A stretch of DNA of 26,504 nt from a virus (IMGVR_UViG_3300033568_000049:1-26504); one strand, 5' to 3'; shown: positions 7,923 through 16,431, counted from the first letter of the stretch. A program made the numbers and translations. Notes: a model not told the origin generated them from the sequence alone.

Positions 7923-8671
7923 CCGTAGAAAAAGCCCCCGCAATGCCCCTATACGTGAAGGACATTTACACCGACGAACGAGTCGTAGTGCTGAGCTTCG
8001 CCGCCCAGGGATTCTATATCCGCCTTCTGGGGCACCAGTGGCTAGAAGGCTCCATTCCGGCGTCGATCTCCGCGCTCGAGGCGATTACCGGGAAGGCCGA
8101 GTCGAAGAAACTGTGGCCGCTGATCTCTCAGTTCTTTTCGCCGCACCCAACACTGGAAGGTCGGCTTCAGAACGCCAAGCTCGAGAGGGTGCGATCGGAC
8201 CTCGCTCGCTTCCGAGAGCGCAAGTCTTCTGCCGGAGCGCACGGAGCCGCGTCGCGATGGGGCCGCGACAAGTCTGCTAACGGTTCTGCTATGAGTGGTG
8301 CCACTGACGTGACATTGACAAGCGCATTGCCTGCCTCTCCGGTTCCCCCTTCTCCTCCGGGTGATTCCCCCCTAACCCCCCGCTCCGCGGGGGGGCGTAG
8401 AAAGACCAAGGCCGAGACCGAGGCGAACGTCGGGGGACGGGAAGTCCCCGACGACGTCGCCCGCGAAGAGCGCCGAGGCGACTACGCCTCGATGCAGAAG
8501 GCCGTGGCTGAATGGGAAGCGACCCACGGAGTGATCGAGACGATTGACCAGATCCGCGAGTTCCAGCGCGAGACGCGCGTTGGCTGGGGCGCGTACCTCG
8601 AGCTCCGCGACGAGTTCAGCGATGCCGATCTCTCGCCTCCGCTGCAACTCATCCACGCTACGACCCACTGA
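7919..8671 (+). CDS. DUF1376/YdaU-like phage replication initiator
   Basis: PAMPLYVKDIYTD...QGFYIRLLGHQWLEGSIP...RLQNAKLE...SSAGAHGAASRW N-terminal domain followed by a Pro-rich linker. Confidence 0.8.
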   Translation: MTVEKAPAMPLYVKDIYTDERVVVLSFAAQGFYIRLLGHQWLEGSIPASISALEAITGKAESKKLWPLISQFFSPHPTLEGRLQNAKLERVRSDLARFRERKSSAGAHGAASRWGRDKSANGSAMSGATDVTLTSALPASPVPPSPPGDSPLTPRSAGGRRKTKAETEANVGGREVPDDVAREERRGDYASMQKAVAEWEATHGVIETIDQIREFQRETRVGWGAYLELRDEFSDADLSPPLQLIHATTH

Positions 8672-8693
8672 CCTAACCGCCGAGGACGACCAC

Positions 8694-8903
8694 ATGAACG
8701 AACGCTGCCGCTGCCGACACGACCGATCCTTCCACGCGCCAGGCGGCGTGCCGAACTGCACCGTCTGCGGTTGCATCAAGTTCGACGCCTGCGAGCACAA
8801 GCGCCGCGAGGCGTTCATGCGCGTCACGGGTGGCCCCGACGCCGGCGACTACGTGATGTGCCTCGTCTGCAAGATCGTGATGCGCGAGGAGGCTGTCGCA
8901 TGA
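8694..8903 (+). CDS. Small Cys/His-rich Zn-binding protein
   Basis: ATG 8694 with SD GAGGA; CRCRH...H...CTVCGC, CEH, CLVC motifs. Confidence 0.65.
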   Translation: MNERCRCRHDRSFHAPGGVPNCTVCGCIKFDACEHKRREAFMRVTGGPDAGDYVMCLVCKIVMREEAVA

Positions 8904-9466
8904 CCTCCCTCCGTGATTCGCGATGGGCCCCTCCGCTCGCGTTCATCCTCGGGATCATCCTCCTCGCCGTCGTCGCCGAGATCTCGAAACCCAAACAGCA
9001 TGACCAGGGCGCACGGGGGTTCGCCCTGGTCCCGGTGACCGCGACGGCCTCCTCGCCCTCTCGCGGTATGGACCCCGGCGTGACGCAGCCCGGGAACCGG
9101 ACCGCTGCGTCTTCGTCGCCCTCCAGGGATCGAGGCGCTCTGCCTTTCGCCTCGATCCCTGCGGGGGTGAAGGAAGTAAGCGCGGCAGATGAGGCGCGTG
9201 CCCTCCGCGAGGCCGCAGCCGCGAAAGTCGAAGCGCTCGCTGACGCGGAGTACGTCTCCCTCTGCCCGAAGTACACGGGCGGCTGGTGTACGGACACTCC
9301 GCACTTCCGCTGGCAGTGCAGCAGCCAGGAAGTCGCGATGATGGGAAAGGCGATCGGCGTGTACGAAATATGGTGCATGCAAGGCACGACTGAAGCCTGC
9401 ATCGGCGGGCCATCACCTCCACCAGAGGGGCGCGTGGTGTGCGATGAAGCAAGGCGGTTGCGATGA
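8900..9466 (+). CDS. Membrane-anchored protein with Cys-rich C-terminal domain
   Basis: ATGA overlap with SD GAGGAGG; N-terminal hydrophobic LAFILGIILLAVVAEI; six Cys in the C-terminal part. Confidence 0.65.
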   Translation: MTSLRDSRWAPPLAFILGIILLAVVAEISKPKQHDQGARGFALVPVTATASSPSRGMDPGVTQPGNRTAASSSPSRDRGALPFASIPAGVKEVSAADEARALREAAAAKVEALADAEYVSLCPKYTGGWCTDTPHFRWQCSSQEVAMMGKAIGVYEIWCMQGTTEACIGGPSPPPEGRVVCDEARRLR

Positions 9467-9553
9467 GCCGTCGCGGAAGCGTGGCCGGCGTAGGAGGGGA
9501 GGCGGAAAACAGCGTCGCGCGCCGCGCTTCCAGGATTTTCGGTATCGGTGAAT

Positions 9554-9575
9554 GGGGGGGGGAGGGGGGTGGGGG
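9554..9575 (+). repeat. G9-A-G6-T-G5 tract
   Basis: Read directly from the sequence. Confidence 0.9.
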
Positions 9576-9881
9576 AGTGATCTCGCATCGAGAGCACAAC
9601 GCACCGACCGAGGCACAGCCCCGATGACCTCGACGCGGCGCCCTTGAGACTACATGCGAGGTGAGCACGAACGAGGAGCAACACCTCGTCGCCCTCCACC
9701 CAGCGGCAACACGATGATCAGGGTCGAGAGACGAGATGATCACAACCGACCGAGACGAGCGAACCGCAGAGAAAGAGTCGTCGCTGATGGGATACCCGAC
9801 GGCAGACGGCTGCGGCGCCCTGGCTCTCGCTCCAGCTCTCCTCGCGCCGCGCCTAACACATAGGATCATGCCAACATCCTG

Positions 9882-9909
9882 TCCTAAAAATGGGACTCCT
9901 AAAACGGGA
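9882..9909 (+). repeat. Imperfect tandem direct repeat TCCTAAAA(AT/C)GGGA
   Basis: TCCTAAAAATGGGA (9882-9895) and TCCTAAAACGGGA (9897-9909). Confidence 0.8.
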
Positions 9910-10077
9910 AAGCCGCCGGCCAAAAGGCCCAAAGGCACCGCGCACTGCCGCGCGCGCACAGACTTTTTGCATGGCTTTTTCCGGGTTGAATTCGCAAGTC
10001 CCTAAGCCCTTTGGTTCTCTTGGGTTGCGCTATGCTTTTTCAGGGTGCTCGGACGGAAATCCGGACACATAGCACGG

Positions 10078-10707
10078 ATGACAACTCGAAAACGCGCGAC
10101 TCCGAAGAAGGCGACGAAGAAGAAACCGAAGGCCGCGCCTCGTCGTCGGCCGCGTAAACCGACGCGCCCGACGAACGAAGACCTCGAGGCGAGGCGTCGT
10201 CGCCTCGTCGAGCTCTGGGGCCTGCCCGATCGGATCGTCGCGGCGAAGCTGATCGAGGAGGGCTTCTTCGTTGAGCCGGCCGACGGTCGCCTCGCAATCA
10301 ACTCCACGGTGTTCGCGGAATCATGCCGCCGGACGGTGACCCGCGATCGAACCGCGATCCGAGAGGGCTGGCGCACGCCTCACGCGTCGACCGTCCGCGA
10401 CCGGAACGAGAGTGTCGAGGAGTACATCGCGCGCCTGCAGACCTGCGTCGATCTCATCCTCGAGCGGCTGATGACGAAGGGCGTGAAAGATACGCCGTAC
10501 GCCTCACTGATGGACTCGCTTCTTCGCTACCAGGCGGCGATCGCCAAGGCGCGCGGCACTGACGCTGCTCCTCCGATCGACCCCGATCCGGACGGCGAGT
10601 TGTCGTCGCGTCCATTCCTCGGTGTCCTCGTCGGGCTCGACAACTGCTCGCCGGATGCGCGGAAGAAGATCAACTCCTGGCTGGAGACGAAGCGGACCAA
10701 TGGATAG
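10078..10707 (+). CDS. terS: Terminase small subunit (putative)
   Basis: Immediately upstream of and overlapping terL; basic N-terminus, HTH-like segment (GLPDRIVAAKL...RRTVTRD), helical oligomerisation region. Confidence 0.65.
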   Translation: MTTRKRATPKKATKKKPKAAPRRRPRKPTRPTNEDLEARRRRLVELWGLPDRIVAAKLIEEGFFVEPADGRLAINSTVFAESCRRTVTRDRTAIREGWRTPHASTVRDRNESVEEYIARLQTCVDLILERLMTKGVKDTPYASLMDSLLRYQAAIAKARGTDAAPPIDPDPDGELSSRPFLGVLVGLDNCSPDARKKINSWLETKRTNG

Positions 10708-12340
10708 TGCGGAGTTTGTTTTCAACTCCGACGTCCAGGCGCTCGCCTGTCTCGATCGCGAGCACAAGTACGTCCTCCTTGGTGGTGGTGTCGGCTCCGG
10801 CAAGTCGGTGCTCCACGGGCTCGATGCGCTGATCAGGTCCCAACACGAGACCGAGCTCCTGCACGGGATCTTCACGAACACCCAGATTCAGCTCGACAAG
10901 GAAGTCGTTCCGTCCATGCAGGACCGCTTCGTGGCCGCAGGGTTCGAGCGTCCCGTCTTCGACAAGAAGCCGCCCGCGTCCTGGTCTCGCAGGTGGGCGA
11001 AAGCCAACATCGAGATTCCTTCGATCACGCGCTACCGGGGAATCTTCACGGCGCCGACCGGCTACCACGCCGCGTGCGGCACGCTCTTCAATCAATCGTT
11101 CACGCAGTACGACACGCTGCAGTTCGGATCGGCGCGAATCGAGGAAGCCGCGAACACTTCGTTCGCAGCGATCAGCACGATCTTCGAACGCGTGCGTTGT
11201 TCGAAGGGTGGAGGCGAGCGCTGCAAGCTCTATCACCACCACTCGAAGACGCTGATCTTCAACCCTCCTCGAGGGCCGCATCCCTGGCTCTACTCCTACC
11301 TCGACCAGCTCGAGGAGAATGCGCGCGCCTACTACCACGCGCTCTCCGAGGGTGAGGAGTGTGAATGCCCGCGAGCGCACGGACCGGAGGTTGATCACCG
11401 CAAGTGGCCGCTCCTTCTCGCCGGCATCGGCCAGGCTGTCTGGTACCAGTCGAAGACCTCGGACAACGCGGCGAACCTCGACAGCGGCTACCGGGACGGG
11501 CTCGCCGCGAACATGAGCGCGAGTGCTGCACGCCGGCGACTCGACGGCGAGGTCGTTCGCGAGGAAGAGCACGGCCGCGCCTACACCGAGTGGAGCGACG
11601 AGAACATCGGCGAGGTCAGTTACGACCACGACGCGACGCTCTATCTCTGCCTCGACTTCAACGCAGAGCCGCGCATCGCGGGCTTCTGGCATCCGCTCGG
11701 ACGGAAGGACGGCGTCGAGAAGATCGGGAAGTTCGGCGAGTTCTTCTATGCCGCGAGGCTCAGTGATCGCAAGCTCGCCGAGAAGCTCGTGCGCGGCGAC
11801 CGCGGCGACGGCTTCGACTCGCAGCCGAAGTACAAGAACCCCGAGCTCCGAGGCCTGCCGGCCAACTGGCAGGGACTGAAAGCGCACAAGGGGCCGATCA
11901 TCGCCTTCGGTGACGCGGTGGGCACGCATCGCAGCTCGCACGCCGACAACCTCGAGAGCTCCTGGGAGATCGTCGAGCAGGTCTTCCGGCAGCTGCCGAA
12001 CTACCAGCGGAGCGTTCCCGAGAAGAACCCTCCGCCGCGGGCCCGTGTCGATTCGGTAAACGGGAAGTTCTGCAACGCGTTCGGCGTGCGCGCGGCGATC
12101 GTCGCGCCCAGGTGCGAAGAGTCGCAGCGCGACTTCGAGCAGGTCGTATGGGACGAGGACGGCGTGTCGATCCGTGAATGGCGCCGAGGCTCGATCGGAA
12201 CCGAGTGGCACCGCAGCCACCTCAGCGACGCCGACGGCTACATGATGCACCGGCTCTTCCCGCTCGGAGAGGATCACGACGACACGCCTCGCATACCTCG
12301 GGTGAAGCGGAGCAAAATCCGCGACCGGATTCCTCAGTAA
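10700..12340 (+). CDS. terL: Terminase large subunit
   Basis: Walker A GGVGSGKS, Walker B ARIEEA, motif III IFNPP, nuclease motifs CLDFN and SHLSDADGY. Confidence 0.92.
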   Translation: MDSAEFVFNSDVQALACLDREHKYVLLGGGVGSGKSVLHGLDALIRSQHETELLHGIFTNTQIQLDKEVVPSMQDRFVAAGFERPVFDKKPPASWSRRWAKANIEIPSITRYRGIFTAPTGYHAACGTLFNQSFTQYDTLQFGSARIEEAANTSFAAISTIFERVRCSKGGGERCKLYHHHSKTLIFNPPRGPHPWLYSYLDQLEENARAYYHALSEGEECECPRAHGPEVDHRKWPLLLAGIGQAVWYQSKTSDNAANLDSGYRDGLAANMSASAARRRLDGEVVREEEHGRAYTEWSDENIGEVSYDHDATLYLCLDFNAEPRIAGFWHPLGRKDGVEKIGKFGEFFYAARLSDRKLAEKLVRGDRGDGFDSQPKYKNPELRGLPANWQGLKAHKGPIIAFGDAVGTHRSSHADNLESSWEIVEQVFRQLPNYQRSVPEKNPPPRARVDSVNGKFCNAFGVRAAIVAPRCEESQRDFEQVVWDEDGVSIREWRRGSIGTEWHRSHLSDADGYMMHRLFPLGEDHDDTPRIPRVKRSKIRDRIPQ

Positions 12341-12436
12341 GCGTCTCGCCACTGAGTTACCGATTGACCCGAAGTTTCTGTTAGGCGCTGGCGTCATCCC
12401 AATCCGCGCCTCCCAGGGGGCCGCCGAAAACGACCC

Positions 12437-12442
12437 TACTCT
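12437..12442 (+). promoter_or_regulatory. Possible -10 element (TACTCT) for a leaderless portal transcript
   Basis: TAnnnT hexamer 6 nt before GTG 12449; no SD in front of the start. Confidence 0.4.
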
Positions 12443-12448
12443 TGAGTC

Positions 12449-13789
12449 GTGGCAGCGGACGTCGTACCGATCCGACGAGGCACCCGCCTCTATGACATCC
12501 GGCGGATGCGTCCGTCGAGTGTCCTGTTCGGACGTCTCCAGAATCCTGACGCGAACCTCGCGAAGCTCGGTGGTCCCGACGGCCTCGTCCTCTACGCGAA
12601 GATGCAGCAGCAGAACGGCTACCTCGCGGGACTCGTCGAGCGGCGCATCGACAACGCGATGGCGATCGAGCGCCAGATCATCCCGGGCGATCCAAACAAC
12701 AAGACGAGCGAGCAGATGGCGCACGACCTGCGTCTCTGGTGGCAGCGACTCCCGCAGAAGGATTCGTTCTGTCGGGACCTCTACCGCGGCTTCTTCACGG
12801 GCATCGCACCGGGCGAGCTCGCGTGGCCGGCTGACGGCGCGCGCGATCCCGCGAGTCAGCTCCTCGCGCCGGTCTCACTGAACGCGATTCCTCCCGAGGC
12901 GCTGCTCTACGGCCCCGAGGGCGAGGAGTACTTCCGCACCGACTTCGCACCGATGGGCATTCCCGTCGAGCCTGGGCGCATCGTCACCTTCCGCTGGGGC
13001 TCGACGTGGACGCAGTACGGCAAGGGCGAGGGGCGCAACTGCTACATGCCCTTCTGGTACATCCAGACGTGCCTCGAGTTCGGCATCCAGGCCGTTGAAG
13101 AGTTCGGCCGTCCGGTGCCCGTCGGCTACTACCCGTCGACATGGAACCAGGCAAAGATCGACGACTTCGAAGCCTCCCTCGCAGCTGACTTCGAAATCTA
13201 CATAAGCGTCCCCTGGGACGAGCCGAAGTCCGAGGTGAAGCTCCTCAGCGAGAACATCGCGACGCAGGGCGGCGCAGGCCGCGCCGAGTTCGCGTTCATC
13301 GCGGCGATGGAGCGCTGGCTCGAGACGTACCTCATCGGCACGCCACAGTCGTCGGGCGCGTCCGGAGCTCGCGCCGGCGTCGAAGCGCTGCAGGGGATCA
13401 CCGACAACAAGACGCCGGCGATGAGCGACACGCTCGACGAGACGTTGACGCTCGGCGTCGCGGATCAGATCTCTCTTCGCAACTGGCCGCAGCAGCCGCG
13501 CGCATTGTGGCCGCGATTCCAGAGCGACACGACGCAGATCTCCGACGACCGCCTCAACGGCGTCCAGGCGGAGATGGCGGACAAACAGATCATGCGCTTG
13601 ATTGCACGTCAGACACCATTGGACGTTGCGTTAGAGATCATCGCCGGGGTCGGGATTCCGCGCTCCAAGGCGGAGCTGATGGTGAAGGCTGCGCTGCGTG
13701 ACCGCGACAGCCTCAATCTCGATCCCGACGTCACCGGTCAGTCGATGACCGCGCGGCCGGCGACGACCGAGGAGGCACCTCCAGAATGA
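12449..13789 (+). CDS. Portal protein (DUF935 / Mu gp29-like)
   Basis: Follows terL; LYAKM...LAGLVERRI, GIAPGELAW, YGKGEGRNCYMPF, VEEFGRPVPVGYY and WPRF motifs. Confidence 0.85.
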   Translation: MAADVVPIRRGTRLYDIRRMRPSSVLFGRLQNPDANLAKLGGPDGLVLYAKMQQQNGYLAGLVERRIDNAMAIERQIIPGDPNNKTSEQMAHDLRLWWQRLPQKDSFCRDLYRGFFTGIAPGELAWPADGARDPASQLLAPVSLNAIPPEALLYGPEGEEYFRTDFAPMGIPVEPGRIVTFRWGSTWTQYGKGEGRNCYMPFWYIQTCLEFGIQAVEEFGRPVPVGYYPSTWNQAKIDDFEASLAADFEIYISVPWDEPKSEVKLLSENIATQGGAGRAEFAFIAAMERWLETYLIGTPQSSGASGARAGVEALQGITDNKTPAMSDTLDETLTLGVADQISLRNWPQQPRALWPRFQSDTTQISDDRLNGVQAEMADKQIMRLIARQTPLDVALEIIAGVGIPRSKAELMVKAALRDRDSLNLDPDVTGQSMTARPATTEEAPPE

Positions 13790-15324
13790 AACGCGGGATG
13801 AGTGACCTCTCGATGTATCGCGACATGAGCGAGCCGAAGCGGAGGCCGCAGCGCCTGCGCGCGCTCGAGCTCGCCGCGACGACCCGTTGGGCATTGTCGC
13901 CCGACTGGGTTCACACGATTCTATCCATCGCCGCCCGCCAGAACGACGTCGACTTCGACGCCATTGAAGCGCGGCGCGGTAAGGCGCTTGAGAACACGCA
14001 GTTCAGCTCAGTGCGCGACGGCGTCGCGATCATCCCGATCGCAGGCCCGATGTTCCGCTACGCGAATCTCTTCACCTGGATGAGCGGTGCGACCTCGATT
14101 GAAGAGGTTGCTTGCGAGTTCACCTCGGCGCTCGACAACCCGATGGTGCGCGCGATCGTCCTCACGATCGATTCGCCTGGCGGCCAAGTCAACGGCACGA
14201 GCGAGCTCGCCGATCTCATCTTCAACGCCCGCGGCCGTAAGCCGATCGTCGCCTACGTCAACAACGCCGCACTCAGCGCTGCGTACTGGATCGCGAGCGC
14301 ATGCGACCAGATCATCGTCGACCCGACCTCCGGGCTCGGCTCGATCGGCGTCGTCGCCGTCGTCGCGAATCCTCGCGAAGAGCAGGTCGAATCGATGGAG
14401 ATTGTCTCGTCGCAGTCGCCTCGGAAGCGCCTCGATCCGAAGACGGACGAAGGCCAGGCCGCGCTGCAGGACGAGGTCGACGCGATCGCCGATGTCTTCG
14501 TCGCGCGCGTCGCGCGAAACCGCGGCGTCAGTACTGAGGGCGTCCTGAGGGACTTCGGATCCGGTGGCACAATCATTGGCGAACGGGCTGTTAAGGCCGG
14601 ACTCGCTGATGAAGTGGGAACACTGGAAACGATCATTGAGCGACTCGCAAGTCAGGAGACAGTGACAATGGCACGATCACAGAAGGTCATCGCAGCGAAG
14701 CTCGAGGCGCAGCCGACGGCGAGCGCCGCGATGAACCTCTTCCCGGCCACTGTGGCCGAGGCCGCTCCGCCCGCCACCGAACCCACCGACGAAGAGAAGA
14801 AGGACGAGGCGCCGAAGCCGGCCGCAGCCGAGCCGGCGCCGTCCGATCCTGAGCCCGACCCCGAGGATCCCGAAGAGGACACCGAGGATCCGGAAGAGGA
14901 AGACCCGAAGGACATGCCCGACGGCGCGCCGATGGCGCTTGCCGGCGGAGCTCCTCACCTCACCGCATTCAACCCGGCCGACGCCGAAGTCGTGAAGCTC
15001 CGGATGGAGATCTTCCAGCGCGATTTCGCCAGCCGCCTCGGACGCGATCCGATGGCCGCGGGCGTCGCGCTCTACGGCCAGATCCTCCAGGGCAAGCGCG
15101 TCGAGCCGAAGGCCTTCACGGACTTCGTCGCGATGTTCCCGCCGGTGCCTGGCGGCAAGCTCCCGATTCCGACGGCAACGGCCGCCATGTCGGGCGACGA
15201 GGACGCGGTGCACTTCGAAGCGCTGCGACAGTTGCGCGAGAAGGGCATCACCCCGTCCCACGCGAGCTTCCGGCGTGAGTACAACGCCATGAGCGCGAAG
15301 CTCCGTCACGGAGCGACGCGATGA
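13786..15324 (+). CDS. S49-family prohead protease fused to a C-terminal scaffolding domain
   Basis: IDSPGGQV, AALSAAYWIASACD, GSIGVV, FVARVARNRG and GLADEVG motifs, then an acidic Pro-rich linker and helical C-terminus; start could be 13786, 13798 or later. Confidence 0.9.
   Translation: MKRGMSDLSMYRDMSEPKRRPQRLRALELAATTRWALSPDWVHTILSIAARQNDVDFDAIEARRGKALENTQFSSVRDGVAIIPIAGPMFRYANLFTWMSGATSIEEVACEFTSALDNPMVRAIVLTIDSPGGQVNGTSELADLIFNARGRKPIVAYVNNAALSAAYWIASACDQIIVDPTSGLGSIGVVAVVANPREEQVESMEIVSSQSPRKRLDPKTDEGQAALQDEVDAIADVFVARVARNRGVSTEGVLRDFGSGGTIIGERAVKAGLADEVGTLETIIERLASQETVTMARSQKVIAAKLEAQPTASAAMNLFPATVAEAAPPATEPTDEEKKDEAPKPAAAEPAPSDPEPDPEDPEEDTEDPEEEDPKDMPDGAPMALAGGAPHLTAFNPADAEVVKLRMEIFQRDFASRLGRDPMAAGVALYGQILQGKRVEPKAFTDFVAMFPPVPGGKLPIPTATAAMSGDEDAVHFEALRQLREKGITPSHASFRREYNAMSAKLRHGATR
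14668..15324 (+). CDS. Nested in-frame scaffolding protein (internal start within protease gene)
   Basis: SD AGGAG at 14654-14658 before in-frame ATG 14668, right at the end of the protease domain. Confidence 0.6.
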   Translation: MARSQKVIAAKLEAQPTASAAMNLFPATVAEAAPPATEPTDEEKKDEAPKPAAAEPAPSDPEPDPEDPEEDTEDPEEEDPKDMPDGAPMALAGGAPHLTAFNPADAEVVKLRMEIFQRDFASRLGRDPMAAGVALYGQILQGKRVEPKAFTDFVAMFPPVPGGKLPIPTATAAMSGDEDAVHFEALRQLREKGITPSHASFRREYNAMSAKLRHGATR

Positions 15325-15644
15325 GCCGTCGCCGCGGCGCGAAGTACGACTCGCCCGAGCTCGAGATCGGCGACGACGCCGTCGAGGTCGACGCTGTCGA
15401 CGCGACCGAGATCGAGGCGAGTGAATCGCCCGTCGAGGTCGCTGTGCCCGCGGCACCCACGGTGCCCCCGGAAGCCTACGAGATCGAGATCGATCTCGGT
15501 TCCGCGGTCATCGGTGCTCCCGGTTTCTTCGCGATGAAGCGCGCCCTCCGGCGGCTTCGCCGCGAATACATCACCAACCTCAAGGCCATCAAGGGCCGAA
15601 ACGTCACGGTCATCATGCGCGTCTCTGGCGCGCCCAACACTTGA
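15321..15644 (+). CDS. Hypothetical head-module protein
   Basis: ATGA overlap with SD GGAG; acidic N-half and basic C-half; typical codon usage. Confidence 0.65.
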   Translation: MSRRRGAKYDSPELEIGDDAVEVDAVDATEIEASESPVEVAVPAAPTVPPEAYEIEIDLGSAVIGAPGFFAMKRALRRLRREYITNLKAIKGRNVTVIMRVSGAPNT

Positions 15645-15660
15645 GACAGGAGCCACGCAA

Positions 15661-16422
15661 ATGCAGAACACCGAGCATCCCATCAACGTCGTGACGCGGA
15701 AGGCCAACGGGGCGTTCGCGGCCGATCGGCTCTTCGGCTCCTTCGCGGGTGGCGCGGGTGACGTCACCCCGTCGACCGCCGGCGGTGAGGCCGACTGCAT
15801 CGTCCGCTACAAGTGCGGCGACAACGAGTCGGCCTCCTGCCAGGTCTTCGACGGCAGCGACCTTCTCATGGTCACTGCCGGCGGATCGGGCAGCGCGGGC
15901 GATGAGATCGCCTCCGACTCCGCTCACAAGGCGGTCGTCGCGGCCGGAACCGCGAAGGTGCTAGGCGTGGCCGAGCACGACTTCACGTCCGGCATCGCGC
16001 TCTCGTTCCGTCCGTACGCCGCGCCTCACATCGCGGCCGAGGGCATCCTCCCCGGCATGGCCGCCGATGTCATCACGATCACCGGCGCCGGGGCATCGAC
16101 GGGCGTCTTCGCGCACTGGGACAACGAGACCGGCCTCGCCCTTTGGGCCCAGGCGATTCTCAATCCGAGCGTCGTGTCGACGGGCGCGTCGACGATCGAC
16201 ATCGGCTCGGCAGCCGATGCCGTCACGTCGAGCGACAACCTGTTCGACGGACACAACGGCGCTGCCAGCATCACGGTCAACACGACGTCCGGAGTCGGCA
16301 CGAACGGCAAGCTGTGGGCGCTCGTTCCTGTCGGCGGATCGATCACGGTTGCCGAGGCCAGCGGCGACGTCGACGGCTTCGTCGGCACTCTGACAGTTCT
16401 CTATTTCCCGGTCCCGTCGTAA
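15661..16422 (+). CDS. Capsid decoration/cement protein (DUF2190-like N-domain plus second beta domain)
   Basis: SD AGGAG; between scaffold and MCP; Gly/Ala-rich VTAGG...AGDEIASDSAHKAV...VLGVA pattern. Confidence 0.65.
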   Translation: MQNTEHPINVVTRKANGAFAADRLFGSFAGGAGDVTPSTAGGEADCIVRYKCGDNESASCQVFDGSDLLMVTAGGSGSAGDEIASDSAHKAVVAAGTAKVLGVAEHDFTSGIALSFRPYAAPHIAAEGILPGMAADVITITGAGASTGVFAHWDNETGLALWAQAILNPSVVSTGASTIDIGSAADAVTSSDNLFDGHNGAASITVNTTSGVGTNGKLWALVPVGGSITVAEASGDVDGFVGTLTVLYFPVPS

Positions 16423-16431
16423 TCGGGACCG
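16409..16431 (+). other. Perfect 8-bp stem-loop with the TAA stop in its loop
   Basis: CGGTCCCG-TCGTAAT-CGGGACCG. Confidence 0.7.

Noticed and set aside
9654-10072. Short ORFs 9654-9863, 9736-10005 and 9890-10072
   Set aside because: Mutually overlapping, atypical codon usage, no recognisable motifs; the region looks regulatory
10670-12724. 684-aa minus-strand ORF, and similar long antisense ORFs (3763-4974, 19386-20714, 20871-22307, 24075-25553)
   Set aside because: Shadows of strongly biased high-GC + strand genes; no motifs, and fully overlapping well-supported CDSs
14606-14660. Hammerhead-ribozyme-like core CTGATGA-AGTG GGAA CACT-GGAAAC
   Set aside because: There is an extra G before GAAA, stems I and III cannot be completed, and the bases encode the conserved S49 motif LADEVGTLE
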